DNA from: Prorocentrum cordatum
Taxonomy: Eukaryota
Assembly: GCA_963575745.1 (NCBI GenBank)
Contig: CAUYUJ010000046.1
Coordinates: 1 to 64,000 of the forward strand
Length of the DNA: 64,000 nucleotides
Reading direction: 5' to 3'
Part shown: positions 24,799 through 37,500 of the stretch, piece by piece
How the letters are laid out: the number at the start of each line of letters is the position of its first letter
Position numbering within the stretch: position 1 is the first letter of the stretch
Made by a program: the position numbers and the translations under genes
Notes under the pieces: generated by a model
Databases searched by the model: none
Told to the model about the DNA's origin: nothing
What the model saw: the letters and a program-made list of their open reading frames with translations, nothing else

Positions 24799-25633
24799 GG
24801 AGGAGGAGGAGGAGGAGGAGGAGGAGGAGGAGGAGGAGGAGGAGGAGGAAGAGGAAAAGGAGGAGAAGGAGGAGACGGAGGAGAGGAGGAGGAGGAGAAG
24901 GAGGAGAAGGAGGAGGAGGAGGAGAGGAGGGAGGAGGAGGAGGAGGAGGAGGAGGAGGAGGAGGAGGAGGAGGAGGAGGAGGAGGAGGAGGAGGAGGAGG
25001 GGAGGAGGAGGAGGAGGAGAGGAGGAGGAGGAGGAGGAGGAGGAGGAGGATGGGGAGGGGAGGAGAGGAGGAGGAAGAGGGGGAGGAGGAGAAGGAGGAG
25101 GAGCAGGGGGGAGAAGGAGGCGGAGGAGTTCGGCCAGCCTGGGGGGAGGAGGAGAAGGAGGAGGAGGAGGAGGAGGAGGAGGTGGAGGAGGAGGAGGAGG
25201 AGGAGGAGGAGGAGGAGGAGGAGTTCGGGCACCCTGGGGGAGCAGGGGGAGGAGAGGAGGGAGGAGGGAGGAGGAGGAGGAGGAGGAGGAGGAGGAGGAG
25301 GAGGACGAGGAAAAGGAGGCGGAGGAGGAGGAGGAGGAAGGAGGAGGAGGAGGAGAGGAGGAGGAGGAGGAGGAGGAGGAGGAGAGGAGGAGGAGGAGGA
25401 GGAGGGGGAGGAGGGGGGAGGAGTACGACGAGGAGGAGGAGGAGGCGGAGGAGGAGGAGGTGGAGGAAAAGGAGGAGGAAAAGGAGGCGGAGGAGGAGGA
25501 GGAGGAGGAGGAGGAGGAGGAGGGAGAAAAGAAGGCGGAGGAGGAGGAGGAGGAGGAGGAGGAGGAGGAGGAGGAGGGAGGAGGAGGAGGAGGGAGGAGG
25601 AGGAGCAGGGGGGAGAAGGAGGCGGAGGAGGAG

Positions 25634-25665
<32 letters not shown>

Positions 25666-25705
25666 GGAGGGAAGGAGGAGGAGGAGGAGGAAGAGGAAGG
25701 GGAGG
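24799..25705. repeat. Compound (GGA)n microsatellite; other GGA/TCC tracts at 6020-6530, 7694-7763, 11492-11757, 12023-12135, 13825-14075, 17468-17545, 40306-40480, 52444-52672 and 62656-62812
   Basis: Seen directly. Confidence 0.97.
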
Positions 25706-25887
25706 ACCTCCTCATCCTCTCTTCGCCCCCGTCCGAACTATGGTAGCGGTGGTGGAAGATTGGTCCATCAGCCTGGGCCCGGGCGGCCGGCCTCGAGACA
25801 CGCGGCAAAAACTTATGCACGAGCGGGACAGAGCCAGATCGGGACACATTGGGAATCTCAGACCTGGTGGCTCTGAGGGGCGCCGCG

Positions 25888-25945
<58 letters not shown>

Positions 25946-26363
25946 GGGCGTTCAGGAACTCTCCGAGAGCCTTCCGGAACGCTCTGGGGCGATTTGCCCC
26001 CGATGCTGTAACGTCGTCGCCCACGAGTCGCGCTGCCCTTCGAATGGTCTTCTCGTTCTTCCTGGCATTCCTAGACGGCGCCAGCGCAACACGTCGTGAC
26101 ATTACCGCCCCCCCCCCCTAAGCCTCCCAGCCGGTAACGCCCGTTATCGCCCAGGGATCAAAAAACGCTCCTGGACCCGATGTAGGGGGCTGCGGTCCTC
26201 TATGGCGGGTTCCGGAAACCCTAAACTCAAAAACGTTGCCATCTCTTGGGGACGCATCTTTTACTTCCGCGGGCTTCCGCCAGCTTCTGCTGGCGGAGGC
26301 CGCGTCGTTTTACTTCCGCCGCCCTCCGCCGACCTTGGGTCGCGAACGGGAGGGCGAAATTAG

Positions 26364-27295
26364 CATGGCAAAAAAACCAACCGTATGCAGTTGTGAATAC
26401 CGCAATTGTGGGTATCGTCTTCGGTGGGGCTCCCTATGGGCCACGAAACGCTGTACTGGGTGTGGGAGACGCATGCGAACACCGCCGCTGGGGCCTTCGG
26501 TGGAAATTCCTATGGGGCCACGGAACGCTGTACTGGGTGGGGGAACCGCTAGCGAACGTCGCCACTGGAGCCTTCGGTGGAATTCCGTACGGGCCACGAA
26601 ATGCTGTAGTGGGTAGGGGAGACGCATGCGAACTTTGCCACTGGCTTCTTCGGTGGAGCTACATTTTGGCCACGAAACGCTGTACTTGGTGGTGGGGCGG
26701 CGCATGTGGGCTTTGCCACTGGAGCTTTCGGTGGAGTGGGGCCACGGAGCGCTGTATTGGGCAGGGGAGACGCATGCGACTGCAGCCAATGGGACCTTCG
26801 GTGGAAATCCCTATGGGCCACGCAATGCTGCACTGGGTGGGGAGTCGCATGCGAATGCAGCCACTGGGGTTTTCGATGGAGCTCCCTATGGGTGGGGGAA
26901 ACGCATGTGGACTTTGCCACAGGGGCCTTCGGTAGAGCTCCCTGTGAGGCCACGGAACGCTGCACTGGGCGGGGAAGACACATACGAGTGCAGCCACTGA
27001 AGCCTTCGGTGGAGCCCCCCATGGGGCCACGAAGCGTTGTGCTGGGCGGTTGAGACGCATGCGGGACCTTCGGTGGAGCTCCCTGTGGGGCCACGGAACG
27101 CTGTACTGGGTGGATGTAACGCATGCGAATGCAGCCAGTGGGGCCTTCGGTGGAGCTGCCTATGGGGCCACGAAGCGCTGCAATGAACGGGGGGGACGCA
27201 TGTGGGTTCAGCCAGTGAGGCCTTTGGTGGAGCTCAGTGGGGCCACGAAACGCTGTACTGGGTGGGGGAGACGCATGCGACTGCAGCCACTGGAC
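26364..27295 (+). repeat. Satellite-carrying element, copy E (5' terminus + array; 3' terminus not seen)
   Basis: CATGGCAAAAAAACCAACCGTATGCAGTTGTG followed by ~77-bp units. Confidence 0.7.
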
Positions 27296-28928
27296 GGGGC
27301 AAATAGACATCAAAAACGCCAGCTTCCCAGCTGATGAGAATGGGACTCCACGGTGCGACATCTGACCCAGGAGGAAGAGGAGGAGCTTCTTTTCACGAGG
27401 GTGGGACTGGGAGGTTAGTCTCGCAGAGGGAAAGGCTCAACCCGGACCCCCCGAAAGTTTCAGGTGCTTGCCTTTTGCAAAGGTCTTTCCAGGATTGAGA
27501 AGCTCCATTACTCTGGGGGGCTCCGAAGCATGGCTCAGAAAAGTTACGGACCTGCCCTCCAGAGGTGTACTCACAACAGGCACTGCATGCATAGATGAGT
27601 GTGTCGTCGGAGCTCGAAAGGACCACCAGCTTATGGCCGTGCCCCGTAATCTCCAACATTCTCTCAGGTGGGGGGCCGCTGCAACCACGGGTGGGAGGCT
27701 TTCGCTCCCTTCTGCTGGAGGCCAAACAAACATGGCAGCACCAAAAACGCTTGCACCACGACCAGGCGTGGCTGAAGCGAGGGATGGATCCTCGGCCGAC
27801 GGATGCAACACGAGGGACGGCATCCAAATTCAATATGGCCATTCTGGCAGCACGCACGCAGCGAGCGCAACGACTGCTTTGGAAATTGAAAGCTGATCTC
27901 TGATCTGGACCGACTCAGCGTGGCTGGGAGCGGGGTGACATTGGCCCCTCTCGTTGTAGCCCTACCCGCTTCACCATTGCCGACCTTGCCAAATAATAAA
28001 TCGCCCTCGAGGCCTTCTCAAGAAGCGTGTGCCTTGACCTTCTGCACGCTGGAATACTTACTGGAGGAGAGGTTAAGACACGTGCCTGCATACTGTCTCT
28101 TTTAGTCCAACCTAAAAGCCAACGGGGATTTGAAACTTCGGACGAGTTTCTACAGTCCGAGAACCCCAGACTAGGCCAGCAAAGGAGCTCGCCGGTGGCC
28201 CCGAGCCAAAAAGATTCACCAGCCTGCGAGGTCTGCAGGAGTCACCTAGGAACAGGGCCTTCTAGGGTGCACAAAATGCGGCCATCATAATCATAAAAAC
28301 TAGCCCCCAGCCAGCTCTATACAATACGAGGAAAAGGCCCTTTAAGGCTGACCCGCCCAAAAAAACACTAAACCTTCAATGTCCGTGGACTCAGGGGGTC
28401 TGCCGTCGCATCGCCCGACTACCATTCCACCTTCCATGATCGGGGGCGGGGCCAGATCTCCAGGGCGAAAGAACATTCCAGTGGTGAACATAAACCAATC
28501 GGGGTGATCGGGCTGAAGTGCGGTAGCACGCTCGAGGATCTCCGATTTCGCAGCATCCGATCTCTGACGGCCTGGCAGCACCATAACCTGCGATGCATAC
28601 TGTCACTGAGGCCGCGCAGCGGGCAGGAGACACCGTCGAGCAGGTCGCCCGCCTCCTGGGCTCAGGGGCCTGTCCATATCGCACTACATACAAAAGACCT
28701 AATACAGCCCTTCTGGAAGGCATACCATTTGTCGGAATTGAGCGCCCGGCGAAAAACGCCCAGGCAAACGCGAGAACCTTCAGGGTGACCATGCTTGATC
28801 GCAGCCTCCCTCTGAAAGTGCCTCCGGGCCCCTTCTCTCGGAAACTTGTTGACAAGCTTGGGGCTGGTTGTTCAGGCAGCTCTCGACTCCGTCTCCAGCT
28901 CCACGAAGCTCGGCATCCTCCATCCTCT

Positions 28929-30563
28929 TCAGTGCAAAGATGCCCTAGCCGGCGACATGGGACCTGAAACTTGGCGCCAGGTAGGAGCCCCCCCCGAGAT
29001 GGCAGCCCCCCACGCGCGCCGCAGCATAGAGAACGGAACGGAGAACTGGCACTGTCTCGTCTGGTTGAGCCAGATCTCCATGGAGAAGCGGAGGACTGGC
29101 CCAACGCGCGCGTAGTAGCGCGGGTCGTGCTCTAGCCAAGTCAAGGTAGTCAGGCTTCTGGACCCCGCGGAAACCTTAACGCACTTGCTGGAGCATCTCC
29201 TGAGGGCCCGCAATTCTGCATCCGAGGCACCGCGAACTTCAGCTCCACGGGTTACTCCACAGAGCGGCCCCGCAATGAAGATCTTCCTGGAGTGATTCCC
29301 CAAGGCCTTCTGAACCTTCGAAAACCTACGGAGCCTGCCCAAGAGAACCCGACGACGGTCCTTGGCCTTCCCGGGGCCTCCTCGGCGCTCGCGGAGCACT
29401 CCAGAAGTGTCGTCCACGCCCAGATTGACCCCAGACATACCAATACCGTCGCCTCCGAAGACACCCAAGAACTTCACGAGACCCTTCCCAAGACGACTGC
29501 TAGAGGACACCACTGCAGCCTTGTCCTCAGCAGCTGAACATGCCTTGTCCTTCTGTATAGCACGCATGACCGTGGTAGACAACTCTTTCAAATCATTGCG
29601 GACGCATACCTCATCCCCGACAGCCGAGATGCCATAATCGCCGACGTACATACACAGCGATGCAGACCGAGGGATACCGATTACATCGAATGCAAGTATG
29701 ACATACATGCGCACAAATGTCGTGGCCGTAGAACAACCTGCGATGACCCCGTTGGCAGAATACAGCGGACCAGCAGACATGGAAGACATAGTGATAAACC
29801 TAGCGCCTCGATGTGCCTTCATGCTCACACGTGTGAGCTGCCCAGGGAACCCCCATTGACGTGCGCGAAACTCGAAAAGGTTGAGGCGCATACCTTCGTA
29901 GACCTCTCTTAAATCCCACCGGATAGTCGCTGCAGCTTGCCCTGTGCGCACTCCATACTCACTGCGAAGGCACTGGCTCCACGCAGCATCACTGGCACCG
30001 TTGAAAGAGGATGCAGCTAGGCAAGGACGGCTGTTGGCGAGCTCGCACTCAGCCGGCATCCTTCTCCTCGCCCTCCCCCACAGACGATATGCACTGCTGA
30101 ACAGCCCTATGGGCCTGAAGCCTCCTGCGGGCTCGGCTAAGAAAGCAAAATGCAAGACGCTGGCATGATGCGGCAACACCCCTGTGCTCTCGATGATGGA
30201 ATGCAGGGTGCTGAGACACTCGAGGCAGCCGTCGGAAAGGCTGGTGTAGCGCATCATCGCGAAGCCGTCGATACTAACCGCGGTGTGCTGAGAGTACGAC
30301 TTGCTGATTTTGCGAATCTCCTCTGGGGTAAGCCTGGGAAGAGGTTCCAAAAACTTGACCTGGGATGGAGGACAATCTGGTTCACTTCCAGCACACCAAC
30401 GCTCCGAACATCTGGCAACTTCCGTCTGAATGGGGGACATGGGGTCAGCAATTATCTGACCATGCCTGGATAAAGTGGTGGTGGCCTTCCACGGTTTGCA
30501 CAACCACCGCCCAGTTGCGAGCCCTCCTTCCTCCTTTAGATAGACCGTCCAATAGCCAAACAC
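28929..30563 (-). pseudogene. Reverse transcriptase region of LINE copy 2
   Basis: Collinear with the copy 1 RT; YVDD motif reads YVGD. Confidence 0.88.
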
Positions 30564-31841
30564 CCCAGTCCTTGAAAGACCCGCGGCGCGCAGAGTGGGG
30601 GATCCTCAAGACCTCCTTCTCCGCAGCCTCCAAAATATCAGCTCCTTCCTCTGTGCCCAAGGCCTGCCACCCTGAGTAACCAGGCAGGAAACTGGGAACC
30701 TGGAAATAGAAGTCCACGAACTCCGCGAGATGTCCCGAGATGTCTCCAGCAGGGTTCAAGATCCCCTCACCGAGCGGCCCAATTATCTCCCGAGCTCACG
30801 ATGTATGAGAGGCAGGCCCTGAACTCCCGAGACAACCAAATAATCGGAGGTAAGTCAAGGCAATCGACCTTCGACTCCTTGCTATCTAGGTCCGCAATGG
30901 AAACGAGTCCGCCGAGGATGCATGCCGCGCGCGCCGTACCGAAATGAATGCGAATGTCGCGACAGGGCGAGCTCGTTCTCTGCCAAGTTCGCGAACTGAG
31001 CATAGAGCGCGTTGACATGGCGCTGCAAATCAGGTCTGCTTGCGCCCCCCGACACAAGCCTAAGACCGCGTTGATCACGGGCGAGAGCAACAGCGGGGCA
31101 AGGTGGGGCATTAGGAGGTCCCACAAGCACTTCGACCGCCAACTTAGGAGGCTTGGCGAAGCTGAGGACCTTGAGATGAGCGAGAGATTCATGCAACGCC
31201 AAACTGGCTGGGCAATGCGTTTTGATGTCAGAATCTGCGTGGATCGAGATAGACCTGGTGCACTTCAGCGCCCCAGGGGGCGCGATAAAGTAGTCGCACC
31301 TACGGCCAACGACCCCAGCCCCTCCCGAGTGACAAGTGTTCTCGCCCGCGCACGCTACATCAGCCGAGACGGGCTCGAAGAAGGGGCTGAAAAGTAACCT
31401 ACTGGGATGCATGTTGAAATCGCCTCCGACCAAAGGCACCTTCACATGCGGCGATCGCGCTCCCAATGGGCGCTATCCTTGGCCGACAACCCCTCACTGT
31501 CGGCAAAGTACGACGGTATTCCTAGGGTAGGACTCCCTGTAGGGGCGTGAACCGTTCCAGAAATCGCTCGGCCTGCGACCAAAGCAGAACCAAAACCGGG
31601 AAGATGGAAACCAAGGAAGCCCTTGACCAAAATTGCCACTCCTTCGACGCCTCCCCCACATTCGCCAACCACCGCCTCCACAAAACCACTCTTCCACCCA
31701 TGAGCAATGCGCCAAGCTGGTGCCCCATCGCACCCGGCCTCAGTCGTGAGCCGATGCCCCTGCAGAAGAACGACATGGGCAGCCGTCTGCTTCAACCAAG
31801 ATAGAGCGGAGGACCAGAGGGTGACGTCGACCGTCTAAATG

Positions 31842-31871
31842 GAGAGAGGGAGAGAGAGAGAGAGAGAGAAA

Positions 31872-31908
<37 letters not shown>

Positions 31909-31950
31909 AAAAAAAAAAAAAAAAAAAAAAAAAACATAAAAAAGAGGGAA

Positions 31951-31998
<48 letters not shown>
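31842..31998. repeat. (GA)n-(A)n-(GA)n tract between ORF1 and ORF2 of LINE copy 2
   Basis: Seen directly. Confidence 0.95.
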
Positions 31999-32001
<3 letters not shown>

Positions 32002-33335
32002 CAGACGGGGCGCTGGCTGGGCGGGCTCCAAAACATAAATTGGGAAGTTCCCGGCCCTCGAATGCGAAACGGGTCTGGTGTGAAATCTGCAGGCCAGCGA
32101 AACCGGTGTCTGACCTGCTTGGATGACCTGACTGCGCCCCCCGAAGCCCCACTAAGTTTCGGCCTCGGGGGGCTCAGTTTTAGATGGGGCCTCTCTAAGC
32201 AAACCTGCACGCTGCTTGACAGGCTCGGCGTTGGCCCGGCTTGACGCCGAGCCAGAGCTGCCTCCGCCTCCGACGTCTGCGTCGCCTCCAGCGCGGCCTG
32301 CCTTCCCTCCAGGCGCTGCCTCGGGAGCGGCCGCCGCGCCTGCGCCGTCGACACGTGGGGCAGCCGACGCTGCCGGGGGGGGGGGGGGCACTGGGCTTCC
32401 CACTGGCGGTAATCCTCTTCTTCTTGAACTTGGACATGCAGTCGGTATGGGACCTGGAGAACTCATCTGCCTTAGACAGCATATCGCCGAACAACTTCTT
32501 CGCCGTCTCCGCGACCTCAGCGTTGAGGTCGACGCGCCTCTTCTCGAGCGCGTCGACGTCGCTCTGCGTGAGCTCGTAGTCCTCAGCATGCACTCTGAAC
32601 AAATCCGATATGCCAATAACTTCGATGAGTTGAGCCTTCCGCTCTACCACATCACATAAAGTGATGCCGATCTTGGGCTGGGGTATCTTCCCACCTTGCC
32701 GCCCATCTGAGTGCATTTCATGAATGAGCGTCTGGCGCCTAGCCTCGGCCTCCTCGATCTGAGCCCGCAACTCACGAATGCCAGCCTTCTTCTCGTCAGT
32801 CCACGCCAACCACTTCTCGAGTTGCTCCAACGCGCTGGTGAGCTTCCACTCGAGCTGCTGGCAGGAGTTGTGGGCCGAGGATAACTGCTGCTCCAGGGAT
32901 GGTGACCAGGTCATCTTGGCGGCGGCTGCTTCGGCACTGGCCACCTTCGCCCGGGTTGCATTGACCACGTCGGTGTCGCCGAAGGACTGGGCCATGTTCT
33001 TGAGCTCCTGCAGCGAGGGGATGGCCGCGGCCGCCGTCGCCGAGCCAGCCGCGGGACCTGCGGTCGCGGGCGCCCCGCCAGCCGCGGTGCGCTCAGGCGC
33101 CCAGGGCGAGCGGCGCTGCTTGCAGAACCACCAGTCACCGAGTCTGCGAGCGCATCCGCCGCAACTGCACTTCCACTTGGGCATCTGAGCCCACGGCCTT
33201 GTCCACGGCTGAATGATGCCAGCAGCAGGATCAGAAGCGGCCCACGGGCGACGAACCCCCATCGCGCGCCAAGAGACTCGCTGACGCGCGCCGTTCTGCA
33301 GAAACACGCGTCAGTAAGCACAGGCCCCCAAATCG

Positions 33336-33352
33336 CCTGTGCCAGAACGGCT
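33336..33352 (-). other. Degenerate SL relic AGCCGTTCTGGCACAGG heading LINE copy 2
   Basis: 13/17 match to AGCCATTTTGGCTCAAG at the element boundary. Confidence 0.6.
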
Positions 33353-33539
33353 GGAGGAAGAGTGGCGGGGGGAAGGGGGGGGGGGCCGCGCGTGTCAGCA
33401 GAGGAATGTTTGATGATAGCCGCTACGTTGGCGGCAAAACGAGCTCGGCGGATAACCAATGTAGACCCTAGACGCATCAACGACATTGCAATAAACCCTC
33501 CCTCCAAGCTCCCTCTTCACAGGTCCCCACAAAAATGAT

Positions 33540-34139
33540 CCTGGCAAAAGGCCCAACCGCGCGCGGTCGCGAACACCGCAACTGCGAACGTCTTCTTCGG
33601 CGGGCCCCCCATGGGGCCACGAAGCGCGCGACTGGGTGGGCGGGGGACATTTGGGCCGCCGGTGGGGCTCCTTGCGGGGCCGCGAGCTGGCATCCGGGCA
33701 TTCGGCTGGGTTCCATATGGGGCCACGAAGCGCGCGAGGTGCGCGCCAAAATTAATGCGGCCAGCGCGTGCGAACGCTGGCATCTGCACTTTCGGCGGGG
33801 TTCCCTCTGGGACCCCGAAACGTGTGAGGGCGAGCCAAAATCGGCGCGTAGGGCGCATACGAACGCTGGCATGTGGGCCTTCGGCAGGGCTCCCCATGGG
33901 GCCGCGAAGCGTATGAAGGGTGCGCCACAATGGGTGCGGTGGGCGCATGTGAACGCTAAAAGTTAAACCTTCGGCGGGGCTCTCCGTGGGGCCACGAAAC
34001 GCGCGAGAAGCGTGCTGAAACGGGCGACGACGACGAAGATGCGGATGAGAGGAGGAGGGCGGGGGCAACGGGAGGATGGGGAGCGAGCGCGGGGACCGTC
34101 TCTTCACATCGGGGACCCAACACCACAGGATGGATGGAA
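33540..34139 (+). mobile_element. Satellite-carrying element, copy F (diverged)
   Basis: CCTGGCAAAAGGCCCAACC ... GGACCCAACACCACAGGATGGATGGAA. Confidence 0.65.
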
Positions 34140-34579
34140 ACACATGTGCACGGCGTCAAAGCGAGAGCCATATTTTGAATAGGAACCGCCCTTCCTCCTT
34201 GGATCAGCTGCACATTTTGCAAACGAATGCGCTCGGCGCTGAAGCGGGATCTACATGTTGAGAAAGAACAGCCCTCCATCCTCGAAGCTGCTGTAAATTG
34301 TCAAACCAACTGCGCGCGGCGCTGAAGCGAGAGACGTTTTTGGAACACCGAACGCCCTCCATCCGTGAAGCTGTTGCAAACGTTCGATGCGGATGTGCGC
34401 GGCGCTAGGGCGAGAGCCACATTTTCGAACGGCCCGCCCTCGATCCGTGCAAGCGCTGCAAATCCACCTTCTGGATCATGCATGGAGAGGACGTTTTGAT
34501 GTGAGCGCCTGGCCCACCCTACCGACGCGCGCGCCTGGGCATACGATGCGAAGGATAGAGTTACCAGGACATGAGATGG

Positions 34580-37500
34580 AGGAGGAGGAACGACCGCGGC
34601 TGCGACGGGCCTGCGCGGCGCCTCCAAGGGGCGGGCCGAGGCGGAGCGGGCTCGCGACATGAGTTTGTCCTTGGCGGCGGGGCGGGCAAAAGGGCGCTTG
34701 CCGCGGTCGTCGGGCGAGCCGAACTTCTCGATCTCGACGTAGTGGTTGTAGGCGAGGAACGTGGAGCGGACGGCGGCGCCATCGAACGCTACGAGCCCCC
34801 CTCGGCGCGGCTCTCCGCGGGGCCCAGAGCGAGCCGCTCCAGCGCGGCGCCGCGGATGCGCCGTCGCGGAAGGGCACCCCCGCGCAGGGGCCTTGGGCAC
34901 TGCAAATAATGGCTGATCTCGTCTTGGCGCCCAGGCAGCCCCGCGCGCGCGGGAGACGAACGGGAAGCACGCGCGCGCGACAGCTCGCGCGCCATCCCCC
35001 TGAGAGCGCCCGGGCCGCGACCCAGCGCCGCGCGGGGGCGCCTGCATCAGCGCCAGCTTAAGCGCTTGCCGCCTGTTCGAGGAGCTGCATGAGCACCGAG
35101 CCACCGAGCCAGGCCGTCAGCCGCCTCTCGATGGCGAGGTGGAATATGGTGGACCTCGTCGGGGATACATCTCGCTCGCAGGGCACGCGCGAAGAACCTC
35201 GGAGGATGAATGCGCCGACCAGCCCCCGGCGAGGCCGACGCCGCGCGCTTCGCGATGTCGGCAGTCACTTGGAGATCATGACGCAATCTGGCAGGCGCGT
35301 CGATCGGCTCGTCGTTGACTGCCGGGAAGTCGCGCCGTTCGATGGGCTCCTGGGTGCGCCGGAACTGTGGGCTCCATTCGTTGGCAACAGAGGCGGGCAG
35401 CCCGATGCTCTCTATGGCCTGCTTCTCGAGCTTTTCGCAGGTGTCGCACCAGTCAGGGATCGCGTACTTTGCCGTTCTCCAGATCGGCCCCGCCACCAGT
35501 GCGCGCGTCCGTTTGACCGCAGTGATAAAGATCCGGGCGCCCAGGGAGAAGGAGTCCGACAGCGTGAACGACCAATTGCGGCACGCGGAGTACTCTGAAG
35601 ATCGCCCTTCATGGCGAGCTTCTCGGGGAGCGGATGGAACTGTGCGGGGCAAAAGAGCACGAGGAGGCAGCGGGCGCCGCAGGGCCGCGCGTTGACGTCG
35701 ACCGGGGCGGACGACTGTCCAGTAAGCACCGCGCGGTGTCACCATGTCTCCGAGGCTTCAATCCAGTGGGCTTCGAGAGCTGCGCCAGGGCCCAGCTGAG
35801 CCCCCAGGTGCTTGCCAACGCCCTTGATCTGAATGCCCCTCCACTGGGGGCACTTGTGCGGCTCTACCTCTCAAGCCAGATTATCATCCAAGGCCTGCTT
35901 CAACAAAATTTGGAAGCTCTTATTCGGCTTGACTGTAGGTTGCCAAACTCGCGCGCCTGGTCGAAGACCGCGGCAATCTTCGGCAGTTTGGACGTTACGA
36001 TTGACCGCGCCCGCGCCATCAGCGCACGCAGCAGCCGTTCCTTCAGCTCGCGCAGGTAGGACGCGGGCAATGGCGCGCATAATGGGACCACCACTGCCCA
36101 TGCAGGTCCAGAGAGAGGGCATCCCTGGGCCACGCAACCGGCGACGTCGCAGAGGTGGCGGCGGGCGCCATCGAGCAATGCCACGCATTCAGCCCTGTCG
36201 CGCAGGCCTCGGACCGCGTCGATGAAGCCGCCGGGGATGGCGAATCGCACGAAGGCTCCGAACGGCTACTATCTGCCCAGGGGCGAAAAGGCGTCCGCGA
36301 TGTGGAAGAGGAAGATCATCGGCTTGGAGTAATGCGCATCCGCTTGGAGGCCTGCCACGCAAGCTTCGCCGTCGAGCTGGGAGATGTTCTGGCAGACGTT
36401 CCTGCCCCTGATGACGCCCCGTTGAATATGGTGAGCATGCGAGGTAAACTGTTTGGAGATCTGGCGATTGATCACGGACGCAATGATCTTGCAGTCTGCA
36501 TTTCTGCACGAGGTGGAACGATAGGCGCCCGCTTCCCGAACGCAGTGCACCTGGGCGCCGGGATCCGCCCCCTCTGGGGAAGTTCTCGGGCGCGAAACTA
36601 AATTCGAAGATCCCAGGCGACGTCCTCGATCAATTCGAAGCTGTCCTCCACGGACAACCGCGCTTAGCACGGGGTCTGATCAGGGCCCTGCGCCGAGGTG
36701 CGCGAGACCCTGGCGGCATGTCTCAGCGCGACTGCGGCGGGGGGCGGGAAGCATGCGATGCCCGAGGGGGCGCGGGCATCAAGGAACTGGTCGAGTTTGG
36801 CTTGGTTGACGAGCTTGGCCGCGAAGGTCGGCTTTCAGTGGTCTGCCGACGCCTTCGAAGTGCTTTCGGGGTCCTTGGCTAGCGGTTCGTTCACCCCGTG
36901 CGATCTCGATACCTTTGGGCCGCAGCCGCGAAACGCAGGGCGCCCAAAGTCGGAGTCGACGCTGGAGCGTGCGCCGCGATGCGCTCGGGGTCGCGCGCCC
37001 CCTGGAGGCGCGCTGATTTGGCGGCATGCGCCTCCGCACCCTCCTGAGGCAAATGGGCATGTGGGCGATGGGTGGGTGCCGCAGAGGTGGCGAAGTCCGT
37101 CTCGTTGATGAGCGCGACGCCACGCCCCTCGATGCGCAGGTGCTCCTTGCCCAGCCTCGCGCGCGGAATGAGGTTGGCCGCGGGCTTCGCGTCTTGTCTC
37201 CGCGCCGCGCGAAAGAGTGGGCGAACGGCGACGGCGCGGGCCGCTGCTTCGAACCTCCAGGCACGGCAGTGAGGAGGTCCCCAATGAGCTTCGCCAAGCT
37301 GGTCACGTTGGTCTTCATGGCCCGCTGGCCCTGAGCAGGAGAGCGGCCTTGCAGGTTGGAGTGCGATTGCAATTGGTCGCAGTGGTTTAGGAACTGCGAG
37401 ACGACGATGGACGTCAGGGACGCAATGGCACTCGTCCTGCGCCAATTCCGCCAACTCAAAGCGTCGCGATAAGATGCCGCGGCCACTCGCGCGGGCGCCA

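Larger units (their letters stand above)
27380..33352 (-). mobile_element. Non-LTR retrotransposon copy 2 (same superfamily as copy 1), degenerate with frameshifts
   Basis: ORF1 (MPKWKCSCGGC..., ATG 33184); APE fragments VVLLQGH, LVGGDFNM, RCDYFI, IKTHCP; RT in 28929..30563 (GGFRPIGL, RWDL, GVIAGCS, YVGD); C-terminal Cys domain 27393..27857. Confidence 0.88.

Noticed and set aside
23679..26102. Long ORFs of 401-806 aa rich in poly-E/R/G/P
   Set aside because: Translations of (GGA)n and the antisense strand of LINE ORF1.
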